32,000 nt of DNA, from the NCBI RefSeq assembly GCF_000009705.1, contig NC_003272.1, forward strand, positions 2,880,001 to 2,912,000. Direction: 5' to 3'. Below, piece by piece: positions 16,951 to 26,229 of the stretch (within the stretch, counting starts at the first letter, position 1; every line of letters begins with the position of its first letter). The position numbers and the translations under genes were made by a program. This stretch comes from Nostoc sp. PCC 7120 = FACHB-418 (GTDB lineage: Bacteria; Cyanobacteriota; Cyanobacteriia; Cyanobacteriales; Nostocaceae). The notes below the pieces were generated by a model, which made no database searches, was not told the DNA's origin, and saw only the letters and a program-made list of their open reading frames with translations.

Positions 16951-17637
16951 ATGAGTCAGACTGCTTTAAATCTAGTTGCAATCTCTGTTTTTCTCATAAC
17001 TATGTCGGCTTTATTGGGGCCGTTAATTAACTTGTCACCGGCAATCCCCGCGATCGCTACCTTCACAATTTTAGGTATAGCAACTTTTGATAGTTTTAGC
17101 TTGCAAGGCAAAGGCGGGACTATCCTCTTGGATTGGATTGCGGGGTTTTCACCACAACACCGCGATCGCATTATTCACCACGAGGCTGGACACTTTTTGG
17201 TGGCATACCTCTTGGGTGTTCCTGTTACTGGTTACACTCTCAGCGCTTGGGAAGCGTGGAGGCAAGGGCTACCTGGCCAAGGTGGTGTTACTTTTGATGA
17301 TGTTGAATTAATGTCTCAAGTACAACAAGGTAAAATCAGCAATCAGGTATTGGAACGCTACTGCACTATTTGTATGGCAGGAATCGCTGCGGAAACTTTG
17401 GTTTTTGAGCGTGCTGAAGGTGGAATTGATGATAAAAGCAAATTAGCAACTATCTTTAAAGTTTTGGGTTTTTCTGAGTCAGTTTGTCAACAAAAACAAC
17501 GCTTTCATGTCCTCCAAGCCAAAACTTTACTACAGAATAACTGGGCGAGTTACGAAGCTTTAGTCCAAGCCATACGTCAAAAATCAGCGATCGCCGATTG
17601 TCAAACAGCGATCGCTAATGCTCCAGTGGAGACTTGA
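16951..17637 (+). CDS. Membrane protein with an FtsH-type (M41-like) zinc-protease domain and no AAA module
   Basis: Two N-terminal hydrophobic helices are followed by IIHHEAGHFLVAYLLGVP (an HExxH zincin motif in FtsH-like context) and AEGGIDDKSKLATI (compare the FtsH G-x-x-N-D region). Confidence 0.75.
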   Translation: MSQTALNLVAISVFLITMSALLGPLINLSPAIPAIATFTILGIATFDSFSLQGKGGTILLDWIAGFSPQHRDRIIHHEAGHFLVAYLLGVPVTGYTLSAWEAWRQGLPGQGGVTFDDVELMSQVQQGKISNQVLERYCTICMAGIAAETLVFERAEGGIDDKSKLATIFKVLGFSESVCQQKQRFHVLQAKTLLQNNWASYEALVQAIRQKSAIADCQTAIANAPVET

Positions 17638-17706
17638 AGAAAGGCAAATACAAGCAGACAGAACCGAGTGATCAAACCTACTTAATTATCGACAGTAAAA
17701 TTTCTC

Positions 17707-18471
17707 CTACCCATGATCTTTTATAGAAGAAGTAATTTCTTGTATATCTCCTATGTGCATTCTTTCATGCTCAATCCAAATTGAACTCCTTAACTGGTGA
17801 TAACAACAATCCATGAAATAGCTGAACCAAGTTACAATCCCTAAGAATTTTAAGCCTTCTTCAATTGTGTAATGTAAGAACATACTTTCTGGTGTAGCGA
17901 TATCAACGATAGTTGATATTGCAAAGAACAAAAGAGCTAAAAGTAAAATCTTGTAATTAGTTATTTTAAAGATAGACTTAAAACGGTATAAATACATACC
18001 CATTAAAATGGCATAAATAATAAAAAATACTGTCTCAAAGAAATTTTGAACTCTTCTAGGATTTTCCCAAGCCTGCAAATCTACAAAGGGATGAAAATAA
18101 TATTCGTGAATCTGAAATAAGTCATCAAGAAGGATGAACAAAGTCAGAAATCCGGAGAATAAGAGGAAATCTGACCATTTTTTTGACCTCACAAGCTTAT
18201 TTTTACTTAAAAAGCTAGCAGTAAATATAGAAATTGCTGCCGATGCACACCAAAAAAGTATGCCTAACATAGAAATCATGCCGGCGTAGGGAGGTAGCTT
18301 GCCAATTTCGTTGGGATCTGCAACCAATGTATAAAAGGGAATGCCATTTAGCTTAAATACAATCTGCATGAAGAGAAGAAAAACAGTCGCAGGTAAGACT
18401 ACTGTGATTATCAGCGATCGCATATTTTTAAATAATCCTAAATTTACCGTGTCCGATTGTTTTGCCATCAA
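17707..18471 (-). CDS. Polytopic membrane protein of unknown function
   Basis: 254 aa with about 6-7 hydrophobic segments and AT-rich codon usage. I recognise no family motif. Confidence 0.65.
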   Translation of the reverse strand: MMAKQSDTVNLGLFKNMRSLIITVVLPATVFLLFMQIVFKLNGIPFYTLVADPNEIGKLPPYAGMISMLGILFWCASAAISIFTASFLSKNKLVRSKKWSDFLLFSGFLTLFILLDDLFQIHEYYFHPFVDLQAWENPRRVQNFFETVFFIIYAILMGMYLYRFKSIFKITNYKILLLALLFFAISTIVDIATPESMFLHYTIEEGLKFLGIVTWFSYFMDCCYHQLRSSIWIEHERMHIGDIQEITSSIKDHG

Positions 18472-19123
18472 AAAATTACTCCTTTTGATAGATACGAATT
18501 TGATAATTTAGATAGATGAAGTTTGTTTTAGTGGTCAGGTGTTAGTGGTTGGTGAGATGTAAAAACCACGCAAAAGGAAGGTGTCAAAGCAGATCCAAAA
18601 AAAATTGACAGATGAAAGGCGATCGCCTAATAAACTCTTTTTTTTAGATTCGTTTACCTAGAGTATAGAAAAGGTGGACGTACAATATTTAGGTTAACTC
18701 TAGATTAACCAATGAATAACAAAATTTTAAAAAAATGTTCTAAATTTTACTAAATGCTGTTATTTCGTCAGTGGAGTTAATCACATGAGAAAGAATCAGG
18801 GTTTTGCTATATAGATGTGTAAATCTTCAAAACCCTTACAACTAATTCAATTGCAGCGTCTCCTAGCTGAGGAATTATACAAATGAATTGTTAGAGATTT
18901 ACATCCGTTTGAGATGAAGCTTTTAGAGTCTTCTATACGTGAATAATTGCTGCTTTAACAAAAACGGTTACAGACTTATTTATACGCTTACTAATTCATG
19001 TAGTCTTAACAAGATGAAGCGAATAAAAAGTACTACTTGTTGACATTGACAGCCAACTAATTTACGCTACAGCTTCACATATCATCAGTGCGTTTTTTAA
19101 ACGTAGCGGTAGGCAGAACACTA

Positions 19124-20122
19124 TCAAGAAACGGCTTCTAGAGATGAAAATTTAGATAATTGATGCTCCCCGATAACTTGGTTACGTCCAGATGCTTTAG
19201 CTGCTAGTAGGCATTGATCAGCGCGATGTAACAGGCTATTTCCCTGTTCATCATCATCTGTTTCCAGACAGGCTACACCCAAGCTAATAGTGACACTAAT
19301 CATGAGTTTACTATTGATACTAAACTGCTGTTCACCTACTATCCGATTGAGGCGATCCGCCACGATCATTGCCTCTTCACCAGTGGTATTAGCCAGAATA
19401 ACGACAAACTCCTCACCACCATAACGGAACGGCGTATCTTGAGAGCGTAAATTATGGCGTAGCCGAGTACACAACGACTGCAACAGGCGATCGCCAATTA
19501 AGTGTCCATACTGATCATTGACTTTCTTAAAATAATCCACATCTAGAATCACCAAACTCAAAGGAAGATTTTGACTACGAGCTTTGGTAATCTGTCTGGG
19601 TAAATCCCATTCCAACGCGCGGCGATTGTTCAATTCTGTCAAAGAATCAGCTAAGGCGATCGCTGATAAGATATGGTTTTTTTGCAGCAAATCGCGGTAC
19701 TTCTGCGCTTTACGCAAACCAACTGTGAATTGACCTAACATCAGATTGTGAGTTGCCATTACTTCCGTCGGCAGTTGCCAAATATAAGCATCTGCACCTT
19801 GGTGAAGTGCTGTGGCAGTCATCTCAAACTCCCATTCCCAGCCGTTTTGACTTCGCTGTGCTAGTTGTTGAGGACGGTCTTCCACGAGAATACAGTGTAT
19901 ATACGATAGCTGAGTTTGTTCTTTCAACCAGCTGCACAATTCTAAACTACCCTTGAGGCTTGCCTGTACAAATATGACATCGGGTGATGCAGTTTGGATC
20001 TGCGATGCGGCCTGATGAAAATCCGTAATCACTACTAACTTATCAGTAGCTCTTTTATGGATCTGATCGGGAAGTTTTGTGAGAAAGTCATAACTTCCAA
20101 AGACCAGAATTGTCATAGTCAT
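19124..20122 (-). CDS. Diguanylate cyclase (GGDEF) with a degenerate N-terminal receiver-like domain
   Basis: The C-terminal domain has DVDYFKKVNDQYGHLIGD, an I-site RSQD five residues before RYGGEEF, and GRNQV. The N-terminal ~120 aa are REC-like, but read ILVFGSYD and PDVIFVQAS where the acidic pocket and phospho-Asp are expected. Confidence 0.85.
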   Translation of the reverse strand: MTMTILVFGSYDFLTKLPDQIHKRATDKLVVITDFHQAASQIQTASPDVIFVQASLKGSLELCSWLKEQTQLSYIHCILVEDRPQQLAQRSQNGWEWEFEMTATALHQGADAYIWQLPTEVMATHNLMLGQFTVGLRKAQKYRDLLQKNHILSAIALADSLTELNNRRALEWDLPRQITKARSQNLPLSLVILDVDYFKKVNDQYGHLIGDRLLQSLCTRLRHNLRSQDTPFRYGGEEFVVILANTTGEEAMIVADRLNRIVGEQQFSINSKLMISVTISLGVACLETDDDEQGNSLLHRADQCLLAAKASGRNQVIGEHQLSKFSSLEAVS

Positions 20123-20911
20123 GGCTGTATTTTTTGCCTTTTTTCTAGCTAATAATTACTGATATTCTGCCGATTCATGAATATATTGTCTCTGGAAACA
20201 AGAGACCCTTACATATACTGATATAGTCTTAACTCTAAATATAATATTACCCAGTAATTTTAATGTCATCTTAATACATTACTTAAGATAGATGAAAACC
20301 ATATAAAGATGGACTATTGTTACCTATCTCTAGTTTTTATATTTTATTCTTTAAACAGTAAAAATACTGAAAATTTTATATTATAGCCACACAATCACTG
20401 TATTTACTCAGGTATTTAGAGCCTAAGAATATTAATTGAATTTTTGATTTTCAATTTATTTCTTGTGATTTAAGATTTTTTTATAATTTATTAATTAATA
20501 ATTATAAATATTTTATATTTCGAGGAATTAAGTATAGATAACTACTCAAAATGACTATATTTTATGCTAGCTACCCAATATTTCCATGTAATATTACTTA
20601 GCAAATAGGTCTTTATGAGGTATTTACTCAAATATATGTTACTTACATCTTTAGGTATATATACGCTGCACAAAAGGATTTTTTGAGAAAAATGTGTGAG
20701 ATATCCTTTTTTAAAAGACTATTTTGTGTAGAATTTAGCAGTTATTGATAATATCATTTGCAAAAGGAACAAAAAGTATTAGATATTAATTTCACTTAAG
20801 CTCAATATCAAGTGTTATTTGCTATTGCAATCCATAGATATAAAGATGAAAGTAAACATTACCTAAATGCAGTGATATCAACTTTATATCTTGGTAAAAA
20901 TATGAGAATTA

Positions 20912-21112
20912 TTAATAGCCTTCTATCGTATAACCGGTAGCCACAATTACCTGTTTAATAGACTCCTCAGAAGCTTTAGAGTCTACAGTGACTGTTTTCT
21001 CTTTAACATCTACCCTCACTAGAGCATCTGGCTCCATCACATGAATAGACTCAGTAATTTTTACTGCACAGCCATCACAGGCAATACCAGGAACATTAAG
21101 TTTTAGAGACAT
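20912..21112 (-). CDS. Small heavy-metal-associated (HMA) domain protein / metallochaperone-like
   Basis: The ATG at 21112, preceded by a GAGGT Shine-Dalgarno-like sequence, gives MSLKLNVPGIACDGCAVKITESI...VTVDS...IKQVIVATGYTIEGY (66 aa). This fits a ferredoxin-like HMA fold with a CxxC motif. The track start at 21163 is a TTG. Confidence 0.75.
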   Translation of the reverse strand: MSLKLNVPGIACDGCAVKITESIHVMEPDALVRVDVKEKTVTVDSKASEESIKQVIVATGYTIEGY

Positions 21113-21471
21113 GACTGACCTCGGTATGTACTTTGAATTCAACTTATCTAAGCAAATGGTCAATACTCATCTGACTAAAGATAGGTAGTTGAGAAAATAC
21201 ATACATAGAAATACAGAAAAAATGCGGAGGTAAGTCTACCTACAAAGGACACTGGCAGCAAAAGCTAACAAAATGCAAAAATATATAAAGCTACTTATGA
21301 AAATACACTTAGTAGACCCAAGTCCCAAGGCTGCTGACTCTTAGCATAGTCATCCTACCTTGAGGCATACTTTTTATGTATTGGGAACTGGGGAATGGGA
21401 TAAAAGAAATAGTACTAATCCCTAATCCCCATTCCCTAGTCCCCCATTAAACTACTTTTTCCTTTCCTCCC

Positions 21472-24114
21472 ATGTCTTCAAACCCGCAGCACCTGAGTGG
21501 TAACGAAATTCGCACCCGATTCCTTGACTTCTATGCCCAAAGGGGACACCAAATTTTGGCTAGTGCTTCCCTTGTGCCGGAAGATCCAACCGTGCTGCTG
21601 ACGATCGCGGGGATGCTACCATTTAAGCCAATATTCCTGGGGCAGCGCACACCAGAATTTAAACGGGCGACGACTTCGCAAAAGTGCATCCGTACTAACG
21701 ATATCGAGAATGTAGGACGCACCAAACGACATCAAACCTTCTTTGAAATGCTGGGTAACTTCAGCTTTGGTGACTATTTTAAAGAACAAGCGATCGCCTG
21801 GGGCTGGGAAATCTCCACAGAAGTTTTTGGCTTACCCAAGGAACGCTTAGTAGTCAGCGTCTTTGAGGAAGATGATGAAGCCTACGCAATTTGGCGCGAT
21901 CAAATTGGTGTCACGGAAGCCAGAATCAAGCGCATGGGTGCAGATGATAATTTCTGGGTATCTGGCCCCACTGGCCCTTGTGGCCCTTGTTCGGAGATTT
22001 ATTACGACTTCCACCCAGAAAGGGGCGACGACAATATAGATTTAGAAGACGATACCCGGTTTATCGAGTTTTATAACTTGGTATTCATGCAATACAACCG
22101 GGATGCGTCGGGTAATTTAACACCATTGCAAAACAAAAATATTGATACCGGGATGGGTTTGGAGAGAATCACCCAAATCCTGCAACGAGTACCGAATAAT
22201 TACGAAACTGACTTAATTTTCCCGATTATCGAGACAGCAGCCAAAATTGCTGGCATTGACTACCATAGCAGCGATGAGAGTACTAAAGTTTCCCTCAAGG
22301 TAATTGGTGATCATGTCCGTTCCGTTGTCCACATGATTGCTGATGAAATCCGCGCCTCCAATGTGGGACGGGGTTATGTGTTGCGGCGTTTAATTCGGCG
22401 GGTGGTGCGTCATGGACGATTGATTGGGATTAGCGGGGAGTTTATCAACCAAGTAGCCGAAACTGCGATCGCTCTTTCCGAATCAGCATACCCCAACGTC
22501 CGCCAACGGGAAACCGTCATTAAAGCAGAACTGGAACGGGAAGAAGCTAATTTCCTTAAAACCCTTGATAGAGGGGAGAAACTCCTAGCGGAAATCATCG
22601 CTGAGGTGAAAAAACAAGGTAAAACCGTGATTAGTGGTAAAGATGCTTTCACTCTCTACGATACCCACGGTTTCCCCCTCGAACTCACCCAAGAAATTGC
22701 TGAAGAAAATAACCTGACAGTTGATGTTGAGGGATTCCAAAAACAAATGGAAATCCAACAACAAGGAGGCCGAGGCGCCCACGAAACCATCGATTTAACG
22801 GTGCAAGGTTCCCTCGACAAATTAGCAGAACACATCCACGCTACCGAGTTCATCGGTTATAGCCAAGCTACAGCAACGGCGAAAGTGGAAGTTTTGTTAG
22901 TCGATGGTGTTGTTCAAGAAGAAGCAGAAGCGGGAACAGAAGTACAGATTGTCCTTGACGAAACCCCATTTTATGCAGAATCCGGGGGACAAATCGGCGA
23001 TCGCGGTTATATCTCCGGTGATGGTATCGTTGTTCAGGTGGAAGATGTCAAAAAAGAATCTGATTTCTTCGTGCATTTCGGACGCATCGAACGCGGAACC
23101 CTGCGCGTAGGCGATAACGTCACCGCCCAAATAGACCGCGCTGGTCGTCGTCGCGCCCAAGCTAACCATACTGCAACCCATCTATTACAAGCAGCCTTAA
23201 AGACCATCGTTGATGGTGGCATATCGCAAGCCGGTTCTCTCGTCTCTTTCGACAGATTGCGCTTTGACTTCAACTCTCCCCGTGGCTTGACAGTAGAGGA
23301 AATCCAACAAGTTGAAGAACAAATCAACACCTGGATTGCTGAAGCCCACTCAGCCAAAATCGAACTATTACCTTTAGCTGAGGCGAAAGCTAGAGGGGCG
23401 GTAGCGATGTTTGGGGAAAAATACGGTGATGAAGTCCGAGTCATAGATTTCCCTGGTGTATCTATGGAATTATGCGGTGGTACGCACGTAAGTAATACTG
23501 CGGAGATTGGCGTATTTAAGATTATTTCTGAAGCGGGTGTTGCGTCTGGTGTGCGGCGGATTGAAGCCGTTTCCGGCCTGGCTGTGCTGGATTACTTAAA
23601 TGTGCGAGATAAAGTAGTTAAAGATTTAAGCGATCGCTTTAAAGTCAAACCCGAAGAACTACCAGAGAGAATCACCACTCTGCAAAATGAACTGAGAACT
23701 ACAGAGAAGCAACTAGAAACCCTGAAGGGACAATTGGCGATCGCCAAATCCGACAGCCTACTACAAACAGCAGACACTTGCGGGGACTATAAAATCATAG
23801 TTGCCCAATTGGAAGGCGTAGACCCCGAATCCTTGAAAAGTGCAGCCGAACGCCTACTACAAAAAATCGGTAACGGTGCAGTGGTCTTGGGTTCCGTTCC
23901 CGAAGCCGACAAAGTTAGCTTAGTTGCAGCCTTCAGCCCAGAAGTTAACAAAAAAGGCTTACAGGCGGGTAAATTCATTGGGGCGATCGCCAAAATTTGC
24001 GGCGGCGGCGGCGGCGGTAGACCAAACCTCGCCCAAGCCGGCGGACGCGATGCGAGTAAACTACCAGCAGCCCTGGAACAAGCCCAGAGTGAGTTAAAAT
24101 CGGCCTTAGGTTAG
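21472..24114 (+). CDS. alaS: Alanine--tRNA ligase
   Basis: 880 aa. Features: [56 protein letters not shown], the editing-domain [17 protein letters not shown] and the C-terminal [14 protein letters not shown]. Confidence 0.98.
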   Translation: MSSNPQHLSGNEIRTRFLDFYAQRGHQILASASLVPEDPTVLLTIAGMLPFKPIFLGQRTPEFKRATTSQKCIRTNDIENVGRTKRHQTFFEMLGNFSFGDYFKEQAIAWGWEISTEVFGLPKERLVVSVFEEDDEAYAIWRDQIGVTEARIKRMGADDNFWVSGPTGPCGPCSEIYYDFHPERGDDNIDLEDDTRFIEFYNLVFMQYNRDASGNLTPLQNKNIDTGMGLERITQILQRVPNNYETDLIFPIIETAAKIAGIDYHSSDESTKVSLKVIGDHVRSVVHMIADEIRASNVGRGYVLRRLIRRVVRHGRLIGISGEFINQVAETAIALSESAYPNVRQRETVIKAELEREEANFLKTLDRGEKLLAEIIAEVKKQGKTVISGKDAFTLYDTHGFPLELTQEIAEENNLTVDVEGFQKQMEIQQQGGRGAHETIDLTVQGSLDKLAEHIHATEFIGYSQATATAKVEVLLVDGVVQEEAEAGTEVQIVLDETPFYAESGGQIGDRGYISGDGIVVQVEDVKKESDFFVHFGRIERGTLRVGDNVTAQIDRAGRRRAQANHTATHLLQAALKTIVDGGISQAGSLVSFDRLRFDFNSPRGLTVEEIQQVEEQINTWIAEAHSAKIELLPLAEAKARGAVAMFGEKYGDEVRVIDFPGVSMELCGGTHVSNTAEIGVFKIISEAGVASGVRRIEAVSGLAVLDYLNVRDKVVKDLSDRFKVKPEELPERITTLQNELRTTEKQLETLKGQLAIAKSDSLLQTADTCGDYKIIVAQLEGVDPESLKSAAERLLQKIGNGAVVLGSVPEADKVSLVAAFSPEVNKKGLQAGKFIGAIAKICGGGGGGRPNLAQAGGRDASKLPAALEQAQSELKSALG

Positions 24115-24129
24115 GGCGTGAGAAATTAA

Positions 24130-24166
24130 GTTATGAGGGGTGTACTTGCAAAACCACCCTCATAAC
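24130..24166 (+). terminator. Hairpin just after the alaS stop (possible terminator)
   Basis: GTTATGAGGG(G)TG ... CACCCTCATAAC forms a 12-bp stem with one bulge, starting 16 nt after the stop. No T-run follows, so confidence is modest. Confidence 0.35.
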
Positions 24167-24253
24167 CCACGGAGAAAAACTACAGGCTTTTTTAGTTGTG
24201 AAAGACACTCAATTGTCTTGTTGCAATTTTGTACTTGAGCATCATTTCTCATG

Positions 24254-24420
24254 ACTTAACTTGAGTTCGACGGAACCTAACCCCAACCCCTTCCCTACAA
24301 GGGAAGGCTGCTCAAAATCTATAACTGAGTACCAAATAATGAAGGTTTTAAGCCTCTCCCCGCGTCGGGGAGAGGTTTGGAGAGGGGTTCTTCCCAATTT
24401 ATCGAACTCACGTTAACTTA
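24254..24420. mobile_element. MITE-like element: two GC-rich hairpins between imperfect terminal inverted repeats
   Basis: The ends ACTTAACTTGAGTTCGA (24254-24270) and TCGAACTCACGTTAACTT (24402-24419) are inverted repeats with 2-3 mismatches. Inside are CCTAACCCCAACCCCTTCCCTACAAGGGAAGG and AGCCTCTCCCCGCGTCGGGGAGAGGTTTGGAGAGGGG. The same two-hairpin core recurs at 29238-29325. Confidence 0.6.
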
Positions 24421-24431
24421 ATATTGAATGC

Positions 24432-24881
24432 TTAACTTATTTCTTCGATTGGATCTTCTGGCGGAGGATAGCGGTTAACTACTTTGTCAGCCGCACGAAT
24501 ATTCACAATTCTTTCTCGGTTTAAATTTAGCGCCGCTATTGTTGCTTTGCCAGTCGGTGTTAACCCATTAATTTTTAGTTTATCGGCAGACCAAATAAAA
24601 TGCTCACTCCAGAGGCTTTGTCTTGGATTAAATAATGGAACTTCTAAACCAGATTCAGGATCTAAAGCTGTGGTTTTGGCTGACTTTCTACGGTTGCAAT
24701 GAAAACAAGCTAAAGCCAAATTCTCTATAGTATCTTCACCGTTTTGACTTAAGGGAATAATATGATCCACCGTAAATAATACATACTGCCATTTTTCAGA
24801 GGCGTGGCAATATTCACATAATTCAGAGGCTCGTTGACGTATTTGTTGCTGAATTGCATCGGAAATTTTACGACTAGCCAC
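24432..24881 (-). CDS. HNH endonuclease
   Basis: CEYCHASEKWQYVLFTVDHIIPLSQNGEDTIENLALACFHCNRRKS has HNH/zinc-finger spacing. The start is a GTG at 24881. Confidence 0.85.
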   Translation of the reverse strand: MASRKISDAIQQQIRQRASELCEYCHASEKWQYVLFTVDHIIPLSQNGEDTIENLALACFHCNRRKSAKTTALDPESGLEVPLFNPRQSLWSEHFIWSADKLKINGLTPTGKATIAALNLNRERIVNIRAADKVVNRYPPPEDPIEEIS

Positions 24882-24897
24882 ATTTATATAATGCTGG

Positions 24898-25164
24898 TTA
24901 TTGGGGGTTTTGTAAAAGATTGCGAGCTATGCGATTGAGAAAACTCAGGTAGTCGTCAATTTCTTCGTAGCTATCTAGTTCTTGTTCTTCTTCGGATGTG
25001 AGTGGAGAAATTAGTTGTTTGGCTAGTAAAACTTCAATGCGGTTTTGGACAATATTAGAAGCTCTAAATATAGGTATTCCCGCTTGTAACTCAATGCTGA
25101 TTACACCCTCTAAAGGTAAGTTAGCTGGTAGATTGTGAAGCTTTGGCAGCAATGGAGTTGTCAT
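24898..25164 (-). CDS. Small protein with an acidic C-terminus, encoded immediately upstream of the HNH nuclease (candidate partner or immunity protein)
   Basis: The ATG at 25164 gives MTTPLLPKLHNLPANLPLEGVISIELQAGIPIFRASNIVQNRIEVLLAKQLISPLTSEEEQELDSYEEIDDYLSFLNRIARNLL. Its stop lies 16 nt from the HNH start. The track start at 25203 is a TTG. Confidence 0.6.
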   Translation of the reverse strand: MTTPLLPKLHNLPANLPLEGVISIELQAGIPIFRASNIVQNRIEVLLAKQLISPLTSEEEQELDSYEEIDDYLSFLNRIARNLLQNPQ

Positions 25165-25225
25165 AGTTAATTCTATGAAATGTTGTGATTGATTATAGCT
25201 CAATACGGTTTAGTTAAGAGAATAG

Positions 25226-25298
25226 TAGGTTGGGTGTAGCGATAGCGTAACCCAACAAAGTCTTGAGAATGTTGGGTTCCGTTCCTCCACCCAACCTA
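25226..25298. repeat. Nested palindromic AACCCAAC-type hairpin repeat
   Basis: The outer arms TAGGTTGGGTG (25226-25236) and CACCCAACCTA (25288-25298) are perfect complements. The inner arms are AACCCAACA (25249-25257) and TGTTGGGTT (25270-25278). Confidence 0.8.
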
Positions 25299-25420
25299 CA
25301 CAATTCTAAATTGTTAGTAAATCTTGAATCTGGTTCATTTGTTTACTACAAAACACAAAGGTTGACTAAACTCAACAATCACAATGTAAAATGAAACCTA
25401 ACATTTTCGTAGCTTCATTT

Positions 25421-25837
25421 TTATAATTTCAATAATAGTTGTTGGTAGGTAACAATTTCAGTATTTTCAAATCTTTCAATCATTAATAAATCTTGATCAC
25501 CAGTAACTAAAAAATTAGCATTACTATCTTTTGCTAATGCTAAGAGATAATTATCTTTCGGATCTCGACAAATAGATACTTCTGTTGTAATTATTATAAA
25601 TAAACCAATAGCCTGCAAAATTTGAATTAATTCATCAACTTTGTTGCGCGGAAAATATTTTTGTAACTTAGGACGTTGAGTTACTATGATAATTTCCTGT
25701 AATATTTCCTCAGAAATCACTACTTGGACTGTTTCTTCAACTAAAAGATTCTTTAATTCTTTCAATCCCTTACCAATCAGAAAGCTAATCCAAAGATTAG
25801 TATCAATAATTATCTTGATTGCTTTGTTTTCTGGCAT
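25421..25837 (-). CDS. PIN-domain toxin (TIGR00305-like putative toxin component)
   Basis: MPENKAIKIIIDTNLWISFLIGKG...LALAKDSNANFLVTGDQDLL carries the PIN acidic residues in the usual contexts (DTN and TGD-D). Confidence 0.8.
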   Translation of the reverse strand: MPENKAIKIIIDTNLWISFLIGKGLKELKNLLVEETVQVVISEEILQEIIIVTQRPKLQKYFPRNKVDELIQILQAIGLFIIITTEVSICRDPKDNYLLALAKDSNANFLVTGDQDLLMIERFENTEIVTYQQLLLKL

Positions 25838-26051
25838 AAATTTGAGAACGGACGTTTTCTACTTCCTCTGTAATTTCCTCTAAAGATAATTCATCAGTTT
25901 GAAATGTTTCTAGTAACTGGCTTAACTTCTTATTCAATGTTTCTTTTTCTAGCTCTTTGCTGAGTAAAAGCTTTTCTGAATCAGACAGTTGTTTAACTAG
26001 AGTAAGAATTTGCTCAAATGTCAAGGGTAGTTGATAGGTATTTTGTAACAT
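25803..26051 (-). CDS. Antitoxin-like helical protein paired with the PIN toxin
   Basis: The ATG at 26051 gives MLQNTYQLPLTFEQILTLVKQLSDSEKLLLSKELEKETLNKKLSQLLETFQTDELSLEEITEEVENVRSQIYARKQ. Its 3' end overlaps the PIN start by 35 nt. The track ORF extends to a TTG at 26213, which adds a GC-rich hydrophobic segment of uncertain reality (see findings). Confidence 0.65.
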   Translation of the reverse strand: MLQNTYQLPLTFEQILTLVKQLSDSEKLLLSKELEKETLNKKLSQLLETFQTDELSLEEITEEVENVRSQIYARKQSNQDNY

Positions 26052-26229
26052 AGTGTCAAAGATTCTTTTATTTCTAATTATATGTTTATAGCTTTCTTTT
26101 TTGTCTTTATATTTACAATATCGCACTCCATTCGCTGCATGAAACAAAATCACCGCCGAAACCAAGAGCGAACCCAACGCCACAAGCGACGCAACCATGC
26201 CCAAAAACCACAAACAGAAGATATCAGTT

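Noticed and set aside
1846-17311. Other short overlapping ORFs from the track: 1846..2268, 2491..2676, 5247..5504, 6962..7150, 9536..9763, 10131..10331, 10948..11133, 11269..11469, 12620..12844, 13045..13275, 14002..14223, 14440..14622, 15814..16014, 16956..17171 and 17087..17311.
   Set aside because: Each is embedded in, or antisense to, a longer ORF with recognisable family motifs, or spans intergenic repeats. None has family motifs of its own.
5640-21471. NtcA-type GTA-N8-TAC sites in the intergenic regions I scanned (5640-6063, 9675-9837, 11356-11594, 16794-16950, 21164-21471).
   Set aside because: I found only near-misses with wrong spacing, for example GTACAACTTCCTTAC at about 11450, which is GTA-N9-TAC.
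21531-23993. Numerous 60-136-aa minus-strand and alternative-frame ORFs inside alaS.
   Set aside because: All lie within the confidently identified 880-aa alaS frame and show Arg/Ser/Pro-rich antisense composition. They are shadow ORFs.
24115-25420. Possible tRNA or other structured RNA genes in the GC-rich hairpin regions downstream of alaS and around 25226-25298.
   Set aside because: I found no T-arm (GGTTCGAATCC-like) sequence or cloverleaf arrangement. The hairpins match dispersed repeat families seen elsewhere in the window (5697-5740, 29238-29325, 29443-29469).
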